Origin: Candidatus Versatilivorator sp.
GTDB taxonomy: Bacteria > Acidobacteriota > Terriglobia > Versatilivoradales > Versatilivoraceae
DNA: 64,000 nucleotides
Assembly: GCA_965207735.1 (NCBI GenBank)
Contig: OZ242296.1
Location: 3,008,001 to 3,072,000, forward strand
Direction: 5' to 3'
The translations under genes and the position numbers were made by a program. The notes under the pieces were generated by a model that saw only the letters and a program-made list of their open reading frames with translations, made no database searches and was not told where the DNA came from. Below, one piece after another: positions 40,256 through 51,500 of this stretch (position 1 is the first letter of the stretch; every line of letters begins with the position of its first letter).

Positions 40256-41560
40256 CTAATTCAGCATCTCCGCCGCCGACTTGATCGACTCCACCGCGCC
40301 CCACAGGGCCAGAACGAACAGAAATCCCATGAGAAGATTCTCCCACCAGCGGTTACGGTAGCGCGGGCCGATCAGGCGCGGGCTGGCCGTGATCCACCAG
40401 AGGCCGCCGGCCAGGGCCGGAATGAGGACCACCATCAGGGTATTGACCAGCAGCGTCAGCCTGACGAAGTCGGCACGCTCGGTGAAGATCCAGACCAGCG
40501 GCGAGACCAGGGTCCAGACCGCCACCAGCCGGTAGACGGGATGGAGGCGGTGGTCGGAAGGGGGCGCTTCCGGGGTCCGCCAGCGCCGGTAGGCGTGGCT
40601 GGCCAGACAGCCCAGCCCCAGGCCGCAGCCGAGCAGCGAGGTGTAGACGGCGCCGAACAGACCCAGGAAGAACAGCAACCGCCCGCCGTTGCCGAGCACG
40701 ATCCCCAGCAACCCGGTCAGGTCGTCCAGAGTCCCGATGCGGCTGCCGCCGGCGTGCACCAGCTCGGCCCCCAGGGTCCAGACCGCCAGGTTGAAGAGAA
40801 TCATGGCCCCAATCGCCAGCATGAAGTCGTAGGTCTGCACCCGCCGGTAGGCCGGTCCCCGCCAACCCTTCTGTTCCAGAAAGTAGGGATAGACCAGGTT
40901 CATCAGCGAGCCTCCCACCGCGCCCACCATGGCCATGGCCACCACCATGGCGCCGAAGGGGCCCTGCCGGGCCGGAAGCTGGAAAGTCAGGATACCCTTG
41001 AAGATGCCTGCCAGGTCGGGGCCCACCCAGATGGCGGTGCCGAGGAGGGAGACCGTCATCAGGACCATGAACGCTTTGAAGACCCACTCGACACGGGCGT
41101 ACACCGGCCGGAAGATAATGACCAGTCCGACGGCGACCCAGACCAGTGCCCACTGCCACTCGCGGCCCACCCCGGTCAACTCCACCATGATCTCCCCGAC
41201 ACCGGCCACCATGTAGGTCCCGTTGATGTGGGCGACGATCACCGCTACCACTAGTAGAAAGGGGGCGTACCAGGGGTGGAGCCGGACCAGGCCGTCCAGC
41301 ACCCCCTCTCCGTGGGGATTACAGAGCTGATACTTGGCGATAGTGCTGACAAAGAAGAACCGCATCAGGAGGGCAAACACCATGGCCCACATGAGCGTGT
41401 AGCCGTAGTTGCCCCCGGAGATGCCGGCCGATAGGATGTCTCCGGATCCCAGCCAGGTCAGAACGACCACGAATCCCGGACCGAAGGACTTCACATAATC
41501 CGTAAAGCTGTGGGGAATCGGAGCCGGAGGCGTGGCGTCATCGAGCCTGGACGTGGCCAT
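40256..41560 (-). CDS. Nramp-related (LeuT-fold) transporter
   Basis: GPG...LGSGD, YGYTLMW, many TM helices; lacks canonical DPGN. Confidence 0.8.
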   Translation of the reverse strand: MATSRLDDATPPAPIPHSFTDYVKSFGPGFVVVLTWLGSGDILSAGISGGNYGYTLMWAMVFALLMRFFFVSTIAKYQLCNPHGEGVLDGLVRLHPWYAPFLLVVAVIVAHINGTYMVAGVGEIMVELTGVGREWQWALVWVAVGLVIIFRPVYARVEWVFKAFMVLMTVSLLGTAIWVGPDLAGIFKGILTFQLPARQGPFGAMVVAMAMVGAVGGSLMNLVYPYFLEQKGWRGPAYRRVQTYDFMLAIGAMILFNLAVWTLGAELVHAGGSRIGTLDDLTGLLGIVLGNGGRLLFFLGLFGAVYTSLLGCGLGLGCLASHAYRRWRTPEAPPSDHRLHPVYRLVAVWTLVSPLVWIFTERADFVRLTLLVNTLMVVLIPALAGGLWWITASPRLIGPRYRNRWWENLLMGFLFVLALWGAVESIKSAAEMLN

Positions 41561-41767
41561 GGTGGGAACCGTCTTTCCTCCCTGCTTGCCTGAACCAACC
41601 CAGTATCGCGCTGCATGCGACGGGGTGAAACGAGTGATCCACGAAGGGGCACCAAGCGTGACGGCACTGCCCCATGGCACGGGCTGCGGCCCGGCAAGCC
41701 GGCGCGTGCCCCCTTGAGGAGCAAGAGCGCTGGGAGAAGGCGCTCCCGGGGGGCTTCCGGCCGTTGT

Positions 41768-43036
41768 TTACCGGCCCCGGAACCCGGCTTCCAACTCGTC
41801 CAGGTCGAACCGGTAGAAAGTGATCTCGCCGTACCTGGAAGCCCTACCTTTCGCCGTTTCCACCACCATGCCGATGGTGCCGTCGGCCAATCGCTGTATG
41901 ACCGAATAGGCGGCAAATCCGTTGTTGAATTGAACCGGATTGGTGAACGTTTTTCCTTCGTCGTAACTGGTCCAGACCGTGATGTTGTTGCGGTTGAGGC
42001 CGCCTTCCCCGCGCGGTCCGGAAAAAAGGATCCGATCGCGGTCGTGGCCTGCGCGTTTGGCGGAATAGCGGACCAGAGAGCCGTCTACTTCCGTGATGGG
42101 TATGGAGTCCGGATTGTCGTGTCCCCAGGTGACGCCGCCATCGGTGCTGGTGTGGCGGCGGCGGAACTTGCCGCTGGTTTGCCGAGCGTCCAGCACCACT
42201 CTGCCGTCGATCAACTCGACGACTTCATCTTCGTTGGCCTCAGGTCCCGGTGTGACGCTGCCGACCTGCCAACTCTTACCCTGGTCGTCGGAATAAAAGA
42301 CGAACGGCTCGACCCTAACCGGTCCGTCTGCCGTGCTCGAACCGCCGCGCTTGGCTGGAATAACGAGCCTGCCGTTGCGCGATGTGTCACCGTCCTGCCA
42401 TTGGAGTTGGATGCCGCTACCCGGACCGGGCTCGGCATACCGCCAGTAGAGACCGTCATTGGTCTCGTGCGGCTCGTCCGGATAGGCAACCTGCTTGCGG
42501 TCCGACCAGGTCCGGCCGTTATCGGTGCTCGAACGGAGCCACAGGACCTGGTTGCGGTCCTTCGGGTGCGCGCTTTGACCAGGGGCCACGGTACGGGTGG
42601 CAAAGTCCGGCCATTGCCCGTAGAACAAGAACACTGTCCCGGTCTTGGTCTCGAGCACCGGGGTCGGGTCGGCGAAATCGAGCAAGTCACCACCCGGGCG
42701 GAATCCGGAATCGATGACGACCATCGGCTGCCAGGTTCGACCGTTATCGGTGCTCCGGCGCATTACCAGATCGATGGGGGCGTTCTCGTCGCGACGCGGG
42801 TCACTACCGTCGCCGCGGCGCCCCTCGGCGAAGACCAATACCGACCCATCCTGCGTCACAGTCATGCCCGGAATGCGGAACGTGTGGTAACCCTCTTCGT
42901 GCGTGACATAGACTCCTTTGGGGGAAACGAACGGTACTGACACCGAAATGACCTCTGCGGCCGCCGGAAATGAGACCCAGATCGACAGCATTACAAATAT
43001 GACAACTCTGCGGATGTATCCTCTCAACTGCGCCAT
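41768..43036 (-). CDS. Exo-alpha-sialidase family (GH33-like), secreted
   Basis: FRIP, EGR, Asp-boxes STDNGRTW x2, SDDQGKSW, SYDEGKTF, AYS. Confidence 0.9.
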   Translation of the reverse strand: MAQLRGYIRRVVIFVMLSIWVSFPAAAEVISVSVPFVSPKGVYVTHEEGYHTFRIPGMTVTQDGSVLVFAEGRRGDGSDPRRDENAPIDLVMRRSTDNGRTWQPMVVIDSGFRPGGDLLDFADPTPVLETKTGTVFLFYGQWPDFATRTVAPGQSAHPKDRNQVLWLRSSTDNGRTWSDRKQVAYPDEPHETNDGLYWRYAEPGPGSGIQLQWQDGDTSRNGRLVIPAKRGGSSTADGPVRVEPFVFYSDDQGKSWQVGSVTPGPEANEDEVVELIDGRVVLDARQTSGKFRRRHTSTDGGVTWGHDNPDSIPITEVDGSLVRYSAKRAGHDRDRILFSGPRGEGGLNRNNITVWTSYDEGKTFTNPVQFNNGFAAYSVIQRLADGTIGMVVETAKGRASRYGEITFYRFDLDELEAGFRGR

Positions 43037-43220
43037 GCTTACCTCCCCGGCGTGGGTTCCCACAGCCTGCACCCGCGATGAACCATGTCCTGTAGATTAC
43101 TTCCGTTCTACGGCGTGCCGATCCAGAATACCAGAATGGGTGCCTTTCAAGAATCCGGTTGACCCGGGCGGCGGAAGGAAGCACTCTTTGGACCCCTACC
43201 CGAACCATAGGAGAAGGCAG

Positions 43221-43835
43221 ATGAAGAGATCCCAGGGACTGCGGCAACGACGGTCAATTTCGTCGATGATACTGGTCGGTTTCATGTGGTGCACAGGCAC
43301 TGTAGCGGCGACCGGAGATCCGGACCGCTTCGACTTCAAACTGATGGCCACCAGCCGGACCTCCACCATGGAGAAGGAGATGAACCAGGCCTCGGCAATG
43401 GGCTTCAGGTTTGCCGCCGTCATGGGGGGAGAAACATCATTTGGGGGTTCCGAAGTCGTGGTCATCATGCAGAAGGGACAGGAAGGTGCTTCCGGCGGCT
43501 ATCAATACCGGCTGTTAGCCACCAACAAGACGTCCACCATGCAGAAAGAAATGAACCAGGCCGCCGGGGAAGGATTTGGGTATGCCGGGCAGACCGTCTT
43601 TGAAACACGCTTTGGCGGCAAGGAGACGGTAGTGATCATGGAGCGCGACGCAGCCGCCGGAGCGGGTCAGGCCAAGTACGAGTACAAGCTGCTGGCCACC
43701 AACAAGACGTCCACCATGCAGAAGGAGTTGACTCTGGAGGGTGAAAACGGTTTCGAACTGGCGGGAATGACGGTATCCAGGACGACTTTCGGAGGAGAGG
43801 AATTGGTATCTATCCTGCAGCGGCCGGTCAGGTAG
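43221..43835 (+). CDS. Secreted protein of three ~57-aa repeats (DUF4177-like)
   Basis: Y.Y(K/R)LLAT.KTSTMQKE...G.....FGG.E x3; AGGAG RBS. Confidence 0.75.
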   Translation: MKRSQGLRQRRSISSMILVGFMWCTGTVAATGDPDRFDFKLMATSRTSTMEKEMNQASAMGFRFAAVMGGETSFGGSEVVVIMQKGQEGASGGYQYRLLATNKTSTMQKEMNQAAGEGFGYAGQTVFETRFGGKETVVIMERDAAAGAGQAKYEYKLLATNKTSTMQKELTLEGENGFELAGMTVSRTTFGGEELVSILQRPVR

Positions 43836-43983
43836 GAGGTGGCCCGGAACGATCTGTCCTTTTCAGGGATACCATCGCAACCAACGGCCCCGCCTTCTTT
43901 CCGATCCTCCGACTCCTATGGGCACGTGGTCACCTGCGATGGTCACCCCCCAACTCCCGCTGCCGCGATCGATCGCCCGAGAT

Positions 43984-46704
43984 CTACCAAAAAGCGTAGC
44001 GGATGCGTACGCCGACTCGCCGCGGGGTGAGGACGTTGGCGAAGTAGCGTCGTGACCTGAAGCCGTCCTGGGTGCGGCCGATAAGGCCGGGGGTCTGGCG
44101 GACGCTGGTCACGGCGTACTCGTCGAGCAGGTTGTCGGCATAGAACGTCAGCGTCCAGTCGTTCCTCGAGAGCGACGCCGACAGGTTGTGAAGATCGTAA
44201 GCCGGCAGCCTCTCGCCGCCGGCGCGCAACCCGATCCGAGTGAGCACCTCACCGACGTAGGTGTAGCCGTACAGCAACTGGAGTAGGGTCCTGTCGCCCA
44301 GCAGCATGGAGTGGCTGGCCAGCAGGCTGCCCTGATGTCGGGGCGCCCCGGACAGTCGGTCGCCCTTGAAGGCGTCCGCGCCGCCGTCCAGCAGGCCGGG
44401 CGAGTCCTGGCTCAGCTCTGCATGGGTGTAGGACCACGATCCGCGCAGGCGCAAACCGTTCGTGACACCGGCCGCCCCGTTGAACTCGATGCCGCGGCTC
44501 ACCGCCCCGGCGCCGTTCAGCGTGATCGGCTGGGAGCTGAAGGGTGTGAGCCCCGCCACCTGGATGTCCTTCCAGTCCACCTGGAAGAGCGTGCCGCCGG
44601 CATTGAATCTTCCGTCCTGCCAGGAGCGGCGCATCCCGACCTCGTAGTTGGTGGTGGTATCGGGCCGGATCAGCGCCTGATCTTCATAGATGCAACCCGA
44701 CTGCGGGGGATCGTTGCCCGGGTCCGCGTCGGTGAGAAGGGCAATCTCTTCGTCGGTACACACCCGGAAGTTGTTGCCGCCGCCGATGCGGTACCCTTCC
44801 GAGCGGGTGAAGTAGGCGTTCGACTGCTCGTCGAACCGGTAGCTGAGGCTTGCCTTGAACAGCATGCCACGGTCGTTGGACTCGTAGTCGGTGAAGGGCG
44901 AGTTGTAAATGGGCGTGTAGGGGAACTCGGTGAGACTGCCGGTCTCGATGCGGTAACCGAACCAACGCCCGCCGGCCGTCACGCGCCACCGTTTGCCCAG
45001 GTCACGAGATATTTCCCCGAACAGCGCCCGCTCTCCCACGGTCTCGTTCCCGAGCGCATAGTACTCGACCGGCTCCGACACCGGCTTTCCGTCCAGGATC
45101 GGCGTTACGCCCGAGAATTCCGTCAGCCCGGGCGTAAACTCGAAGCTGGTGCCGCTGCTGTCGAAGTTGTTGAAGAAAACGCCGCCGACCCAACCCCACG
45201 GCCCTTCGCCGGTCGAGACCAGCCGCGTCTCCCAGTTGAAGCGCTCCTCCCGCTCATCCTCCCGCGTGTAGGCGGCAAAGGAGCGAAACTGAGATGTCAG
45301 GTCGGTGACCGAGATCCCCGGATCGACCGCCCGGGCCTGGGTCAGAGCCGGGAACTCGCCCGGCAGCAGCCCCGCGATGCTGAACGCCTGGATCAGCAGG
45401 TCGGTCTGGTCGCGCTGCCCCTGTTCGCCGTAGAGCGAATAGCCAACCGCGGTGGTCAGTTCCACGCCGCCCGGCGCCCAGGTCAGTTCCAGGCTCCACA
45501 GTTGGTTCTTGCGGTCGTTCGGTTCCAGAAAGCGGTGCGCGGAAACATAGCGGCCGGTGTCGAACGACCGAGCGTGATTGATCTGGCGCCCTCCGACCTG
45601 CTGATCCTGCAGGTGATAGGCCATCAGGGCCGACAGGTTCGGGGTCGCCTCCCACAGCAGGGAGAGCCGGGCCGAGACGGTCTCCTCCGTGTTGGCATCC
45701 GCTTCACGTCGTAGGTTCTCGCCCACCGCCTCCGGATCGTTCAGGTCCGGCTCCGGCTCGGAAACGCCCGGCGTGCGCAGCAGGTAGTCGTAGTCGATGA
45801 AGCCGGGGTCGGCATAGCGGTCGATGGAGCCGCGAAACGCCAGCTTGCGGGAAATCAGCGGCAGGTTGAAGGTGAGGCCTGCATCCGTGCCCGGGGCGCC
45901 GCCGTGAGCCAGCGCGAACAGGTCGCCGCGGACCTCGAAGGTCCGTCGCTCCGTGTCCGGCCGGCGCGGCAGGTAGCGCACGGCCCCCGCCAGGGTACCG
46001 GCGCCGTACAGCGTTCCCTGGGGTCCCAGCAATACCTCCACCCGCTCGATGTCGCTGAGCCGCAGATCGACCGCCAGGGGAATGTCCCCCAGGTAGGTGG
46101 CGACGCCGTTGTTGTAGTTGTTGCCGGTGAACTCCGACCCGTTCAACGAGTCCGTGTTCAGACCGCGGGCGATGATGACATTGCTCCCCCGCGCCCCTTG
46201 GTCCACAACCGTCAGGCCGGGCGTCCAGCGGGCCAGTTCCGTCAGGTTCCCGATGGCCCGCCGCTCGAGATCGTCGCCGGTCACCGCCGAAACGCTCATC
46301 GGCACTTGCTGCAGCGGTTCCTCGAAGCGGGTGGCTGTCACCACCACCGCTTCCTCGAATGGGGCGAGACGCAGGGTTATGGCCGGCAGTACCACCGGAT
46401 CGGCCCCGACGTTGACGTCCTCCAGGCTTACCGTGCCGAAGCCGCTCCGGGACACAGTCACCGTGTAGGTGCCGGGAACCAGGCCAGTGAACCCGAACCG
46501 GCCACCCGCGTCAGTCTGCACCTGGCGCGGTGTGTCCGGACCGCCGCTCAGCCTGACCTTGGCGCCGGGCAACACCGCGCCGGTCGCATCCACGACCATG
46601 CCCGCAATCTGACCCGATTGAGAGGCGGACCCAGCGATCGCGCAGACAAGCAGTCCTAGCGTCACTGCACATGCGATTGCCGCGCCCGTCGTTCCCGTTT
46701 TCAT
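43984..46704 (-). CDS. TonB-dependent receptor with N-terminal CarboxypepD_reg-like domain
   Basis: G.VVDATGAVLPGA, VVVTATR, IERVEVLLGPQGTLYG, aromatic C-terminus. Confidence 0.93.
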   Translation of the reverse strand: MKTGTTGAAIACAVTLGLLVCAIAGSASQSGQIAGMVVDATGAVLPGAKVRLSGGPDTPRQVQTDAGGRFGFTGLVPGTYTVTVSRSGFGTVSLEDVNVGADPVVLPAITLRLAPFEEAVVVTATRFEEPLQQVPMSVSAVTGDDLERRAIGNLTELARWTPGLTVVDQGARGSNVIIARGLNTDSLNGSEFTGNNYNNGVATYLGDIPLAVDLRLSDIERVEVLLGPQGTLYGAGTLAGAVRYLPRRPDTERRTFEVRGDLFALAHGGAPGTDAGLTFNLPLISRKLAFRGSIDRYADPGFIDYDYLLRTPGVSEPEPDLNDPEAVGENLRREADANTEETVSARLSLLWEATPNLSALMAYHLQDQQVGGRQINHARSFDTGRYVSAHRFLEPNDRKNQLWSLELTWAPGGVELTTAVGYSLYGEQGQRDQTDLLIQAFSIAGLLPGEFPALTQARAVDPGISVTDLTSQFRSFAAYTREDEREERFNWETRLVSTGEGPWGWVGGVFFNNFDSSGTSFEFTPGLTEFSGVTPILDGKPVSEPVEYYALGNETVGERALFGEISRDLGKRWRVTAGGRWFGYRIETGSLTEFPYTPIYNSPFTDYESNDRGMLFKASLSYRFDEQSNAYFTRSEGYRIGGGNNFRVCTDEEIALLTDADPGNDPPQSGCIYEDQALIRPDTTTNYEVGMRRSWQDGRFNAGGTLFQVDWKDIQVAGLTPFSSQPITLNGAGAVSRGIEFNGAAGVTNGLRLRGSWSYTHAELSQDSPGLLDGGADAFKGDRLSGAPRHQGSLLASHSMLLGDRTLLQLLYGYTYVGEVLTRIGLRAGGERLPAYDLHNLSASLSRNDWTLTFYADNLLDEYAVTSVRQTPGLIGRTQDGFRSRRYFANVLTPRRVGVRIRYAFW

Positions 46705-47059
46705 GGCTATGTGAAGTTTGAGGTGACTCCGTCTTTCAGCCGCTGAACGACAGAGCTACGGTGTATTCTTGAACTTGCCATTCTGTAGCAACCGGAGGTG
46801 CTTTCCAGTGACTCTGAGAATCAAGGATAACCACGGCCGATCCCTCCACGTCCGGCAACTCGATTTCTCGCCTCATAATAACACCGGCAACCGCCTGTCC
46901 TTCCTCAAAGCCGAGCTCGATATAGCGTCCCCATGGCCTCCCTGCACCGAATGGAGAGGCGAGGGGCCAGGTGGCGGCCCCTCGGGAAATTTCGTTGATG
47001 CGGTGGGACGGCCCGCGCCCATCGAGTGGGCCGACACCCAGATAGCGCTCTCAATGCCC

Positions 47060-47215
47060 AATGGCATGGGGAAGTCTGGTTTGCGTTGGGCGAGCCTGAG
47101 CGTGCGATTGAATCCCTGGTCCGCTACTTGCAGTTGCGGGGACGGGACGCCGATCGATATGAGGAAGCCCTGGATTTGCTAAACCGGGCCGAAGCCGAAA
47201 AGGCGAGGGATGCGG
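47060..47215 (+). pseudogene. Fragment of the helical domain also found in the 4106-4945 protein
   Basis: GEPERAIESLVRYLQLRGRDADRYEEALDLL vs GSIGEAIDAANGYLVQAGSEGRFYRQALELL. Confidence 0.5.
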
Positions 47216-47379
47216 GAACTGTCCGGTGGAGGTCGATATCCAGGTGGGGCGGTCACGGACCCTGTGAGCACCCGCACAGGCAGGGGGCGGGTGGCCAGGG
47301 GCGGCAGTTGGAGCGACTGCGAAAGGATTGTCGGACAAGCCTGGAAAGGGTGTCTGCGCGAATAGGGAAAGCGCCAATG

Positions 47380-47402
47380 AAAAAAGCCGTCGCTGGGACG
47401 GC
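47380..47402 (-). terminator. Intrinsic terminator after tRNA
   Basis: GCCGTC-ccagc-GACGGC-TTTTTT on minus strand. Confidence 0.8.
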
Positions 47403-47416
47403 CCTGGAGGGAGAAT

Positions 47417-47493
<77 letters not shown>

Positions 47494-47498
47494 CCGAG

Positions 47499-47527
47499 AT
47501 ATTATTTTCCGGGGGGTTGGGAGTCAA
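47499..47527 (-). promoter_or_regulatory. Sigma70 promoter for tRNA
   Basis: TTGACT-N17-TAATAT, 5 nt before the tRNA 5' end. Confidence 0.7.
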
Positions 47528-47970
47528 GGAGTTTGTTGGGGAGGCAGGGCCGTCGAGTCGTCTCCACCGGCCGCGGCGCCGGGGGAATCCTGGGGGTCTG
47601 GCTTGGGGACGATCTTGATTTCGCCTTCGCGAACCAGGCCCAACTCTTCACGAGCGATCTTCTCGATGGTGGCGGGGTCGGTCTTCAGGGATTCGATCTC
47701 CTCCATCACGTTCCGGTTTCCCGATTCGAGGGCCTCCTTTTCCCGGACCAGGGACTGTATATCCTCCTCCAGCCGTTCCATTTTCAGGTGGCCGGTCGGA
47801 CCGAATATGGCCTGCACCGCCAACCCCAGCAACAACAGACCCATAACGACCGCCAGAACGGATCTCAGCACGGAGGATTTTTTGCCGGAAGCCAAAATTT
47901 TCCTTGTTGCTCCTGTTGGAAGCATCCGGCGGGTCTTCCCCGCCCGGCTGCGTTCCGATGAAGCTTCCAT
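47524..47970 (-). CDS. ftsB: Septum formation initiator FtsB/DivIC
   Basis: TM, FG..G, coiled coil, IEKIAREELGLVREGE. Confidence 0.85.
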   Translation of the reverse strand: MEASSERSRAGKTRRMLPTGATRKILASGKKSSVLRSVLAVVMGLLLLGLAVQAIFGPTGHLKMERLEEDIQSLVREKEALESGNRNVMEEIESLKTDPATIEKIAREELGLVREGEIKIVPKPDPQDSPGAAAGGDDSTALPPQQTP

Positions 47971-48108
47971 CGATGTAACCGGCCCGCAAAGCAGTAAGCT
48001 AGTCTAGCCCAAAACGGATATAATGAGAATCCCTTTGACCGGTATCCGGTGGGCCAATGACAGCGCCAACTCCGGCCTCGCCGGAATGCCCGGCGGGAGG
48101 AGACAGCC

Positions 48109-48435
48109 ATGACAGACAAGGTGGTGGTTCTGGTCAACTGCTCCAACCTGGAGGAGGCCGAGCAGATCGGAAGGCAACTGGTGGCCAAGCGGCTGGCGGC
48201 CTGCGTCAACCTGGTACCCGGGGTGCGTTCCTGGTATTGGTGGGAAGACAAGGTGGTCGAAGACAACGAAGTCATGGTCATGATCAAGACCTCTCGCGAG
48301 CGGCTGGCCGACCTTGAAAAGGAAGTGGTCCGTCTCCACTCCTATGCAGTTCCCGAAGTGATTGCTCTGCAGGTGGTGGACGGCTCTCGGAATTACCTGA
48401 ATTGGATCGAATTCTCCCTCAGCGGAAAACCGTGA
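48109..48435 (+). CDS. cutA: Divalent-cation tolerance protein CutA
   Basis: LAACVN, S.Y.W, IKT, HSYAVPE. Confidence 0.95.
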   Translation: MTDKVVVLVNCSNLEEAEQIGRQLVAKRLAACVNLVPGVRSWYWWEDKVVEDNEVMVMIKTSRERLADLEKEVVRLHSYAVPEVIALQVVDGSRNYLNWIEFSLSGKP

Positions 48436-48516
48436 CCTGCGTGGTCGTGCGCCTCGCGTGGCGCACGAAGCAGTAGGGTCCCGCTTTCAGGGATGCAAGA
48501 ATCAGGGGAACCATCC

Positions 48517-51500
48517 ATGGCCAAACTATCCATCGGGAAGTGCGGCGCTTGCTGTCTGGCGGCCGTTCTGGCGCTCCTGGGCGTTTTTTCCGGTCGAGCG
48601 GGCAGGGTCTCCGCCGACACCGGCGCCGACCGGGTCGAGGTTTCCCTTCAATCCGACAGCCGATGGGAAAGGACCTTCAACCTGGGCCGCGGCGAAGTCC
48701 GCGAGATTTCGGTGGCGGTCTCCCGTCCCTCCTCCCTGCCGCCCAACGGCCGGGTGGCGGTAAGCTGGCAGTTGAAAAACCCCAACGGGACCGACGGTGA
48801 GGACCTCTCCAGGGCGTCTTCCGGTTCCGAAAAAGGGGGGAGAAAGCCCGATGCCTTTGACATATACACCCGTCCCACCGCCCACTGGAGAAAAGTGCTC
48901 CATGCCCTGGATCCGGATGTCTTTCTGATCTATCGGGCTCCGGTGTCGGGAAGGTATGTCCTCAGCCTGGCTCCGGTCATCGATGAGGACCCGGTCTTCG
49001 GCGGGCCCCGCTGGCGCGAGCCCGGGACCGCGCCCCAGGTGGCCGCCTTCCCCCGCCACACGCCCTGGCCCACCGGCGCACGAGTATCCATGCTTGCCCG
49101 GGTCAAGCCGCTGGATCTCGAGGGGCCGCCCGGCCTTCATTTCCACTTCGAGCAGGAACCCAACGACACTCCCGAGCAGGCTCAGCCCATTCCCCTTCCC
49201 GAGGGCGAAGGTGTGCAGCGGGTCCTGGTGACTGCCGGGGCCGATGACGTCGAGTATTTCGACAACGGCAGGGTGGGCCGCTCCGGTGACGACTGGTTTC
49301 GCCTCGAGTTCACCGGCACCGAGCCCCGGTTGCTGACCTGCAATCTGACCCTTCCCGATCACACCCTGGCGGCACGCCTCAGATTCTACGCGCTGCCGGA
49401 CCCGACCAGCCGGGCCCGTCCGGCCCCTGACGAACCCTTCCGGGATCCGGCGGACCCTGCCCCCGACGAGATGGCGTTGCTGCCGCTGGTGGAGTACACC
49501 CGGGGGCGCAACGACAATGAGCGGGTTCACCAGCAGTCCGAGGACCACCGATCGGAAATCAACCGCCTGTTGCAGCCCGGCGGAGTTTACTTTCTGCGGG
49601 CAGAGGCCAACGCGCCGGGCTACGAGATCGAATTGCGACTGCTCCAACCGGCGCCCTACCGAGACCCCAGGATGGCGGTGCGCCAGGGCCTCTACGACCA
49701 CCTGGCCCAGGTGGATTCCTGGCTGACCAACCGCCCTCGAGGCGCCAGCGTGGAGCGCCGCATCCGCGACACCGGCAACCTGCTGGGAACCCACTGCATG
49801 AGCTGCCACACCCAGGCAGGGGTTTGGGGCTCGGCGGTCCCCGTGGAAAACGGATACCCGGTCGAAAACGTTCAGAACTTCCGGCGACTGGTCAACGTGA
49901 TGTATGAGTCGCTCAGGCCGACCAATTACCTCAAGGAGGCCGCCAACAATACCAGCCTGGCCCCCCTGGACGTCGGCGACGGTCCCGCCGGCACCCGGGT
50001 GGCCGGCCACAACGTCTGCACCGCCGAGCGGGCGCTACCTCCGCGCAAGCTCCATTCGAAACAACTGGTTCGCGCCGCCAACCATGTGCTTCAGACTGCC
50101 GATCCCGGCGGGATCAATGCCGCCGGTCCCGGTTCCAACGTGGGCAAGTCGGTCGTTTTCAGCTATGCCGGAGAGATCCTCCGCACCGCCTGGGACCGCA
50201 CCGGCCATCCCCGCTACTTCGCGGGCGTGGAGGAAAAGGCCCTGAAGCTGTTGGAGGTGCAGCCGAAGTACAGCGACGATCTCTCCCACCGCATCGAGTT
50301 CTTCCGCCGCTTCTTTCCCCAGGACTACCTCGAAGCCAGCCGCAAAGTGCATTCGGTTCAACAAGGACTTCCGCCTCGGCCTGCTCGGATCGAGCCGCCA
50401 CCGACGACCGATGAGTCCGAAGAAGAGCTGCCCCCGGCCGAGTTCCCGGACTATGAGCTCTTGTCGGAGGAGGCTGCCCTGGACCTGTGGCAGCGGATTC
50501 AAGGTCAGGTAGCCGAGGACGAGAAGCACCTGAGGGCCATCCAGAATCCGGACGGGTCCTGGGGGTTCGATCCCGGAAAGCCGCTCCCCGATGGCGCGGG
50601 GTGGAAGACTGACGGCGAGTCGGATCCGGCGCCCACGGCCCTGGCCCTGATAGCCCTGGAATCACTCGGCCATGGCGCCGGTGATCCGGCGGTGGACTCG
50701 GGCGTCCGGGCACTGCTTGGAATGCAAAAGCCCTACGGACTCTGGAATAAAAGCGCCAAGACCGGGTTCGTGACCACCGCCTATGTGCTGCACGCTCTTT
50801 CCCGGCTCTTTCCCGTTTCTCCGGAGGAGCCACCCCGGCAGCGATTCGAATTCACGCCCGAGGACTCCCTCAGGACCACCCTGGCCAAGGTCAGAGATCT
50901 GTCCCACTCGGAAGATCCCGAGCTGGCGGATCTGATGGTCCGGGCCGCAGCACACCATAGTCCCCTGGTGCGCTATTGGGGCGTCATGGGATTGGGAGGC
51001 ATCCACGGCAAGCATGGGGTGGACGCGCTGATCGCAGCCATGGGCGATCCGGTCAAGATGGTGCGGGATGCGGCCGCCTGGGCCATGGAACAGACGCTGC
51101 TGGACGATCGGGGGTTCGAAGAACTGTTCGAGGCTTACGAGACCGGCAACGACCGTGTGCGGGAAACCGTTCTCAAGGCTCTGGGAATGCGCGCCGATGC
51201 CGTTCTGACCCGCCCCGGCTTCGACCAGTCCCGCCTGACCCGGCTTCTGGCCGGGGCCCTCACCCGGGACCCGCACCCCGGCGTGCGGGCCTGGGCAGCC
51301 AAGGCTGCCTGGCAGTGGTGGGTCTGGAATCCTCCCCTGCGTCCCGCCATCCAGCAGGCCTGGCTGAGCAAGCTGGCGGCTCCCGAAACCGAGGCCCTGG
51401 TGGAACAGTGCCTGAGATACCAGAGCCACGCCCTGTTCATTGCCAACGGCCACAAGGCCAACAGCAGCAAGATCCACCAGTATCCCGAGCTGACCTCCCT

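Noticed and set aside
43500-43730. Near-identical DNA repeats as a DGR template/variable pair
   Set aside because: In-frame internal protein repeats, no adenine-specific pattern and no RT nearby
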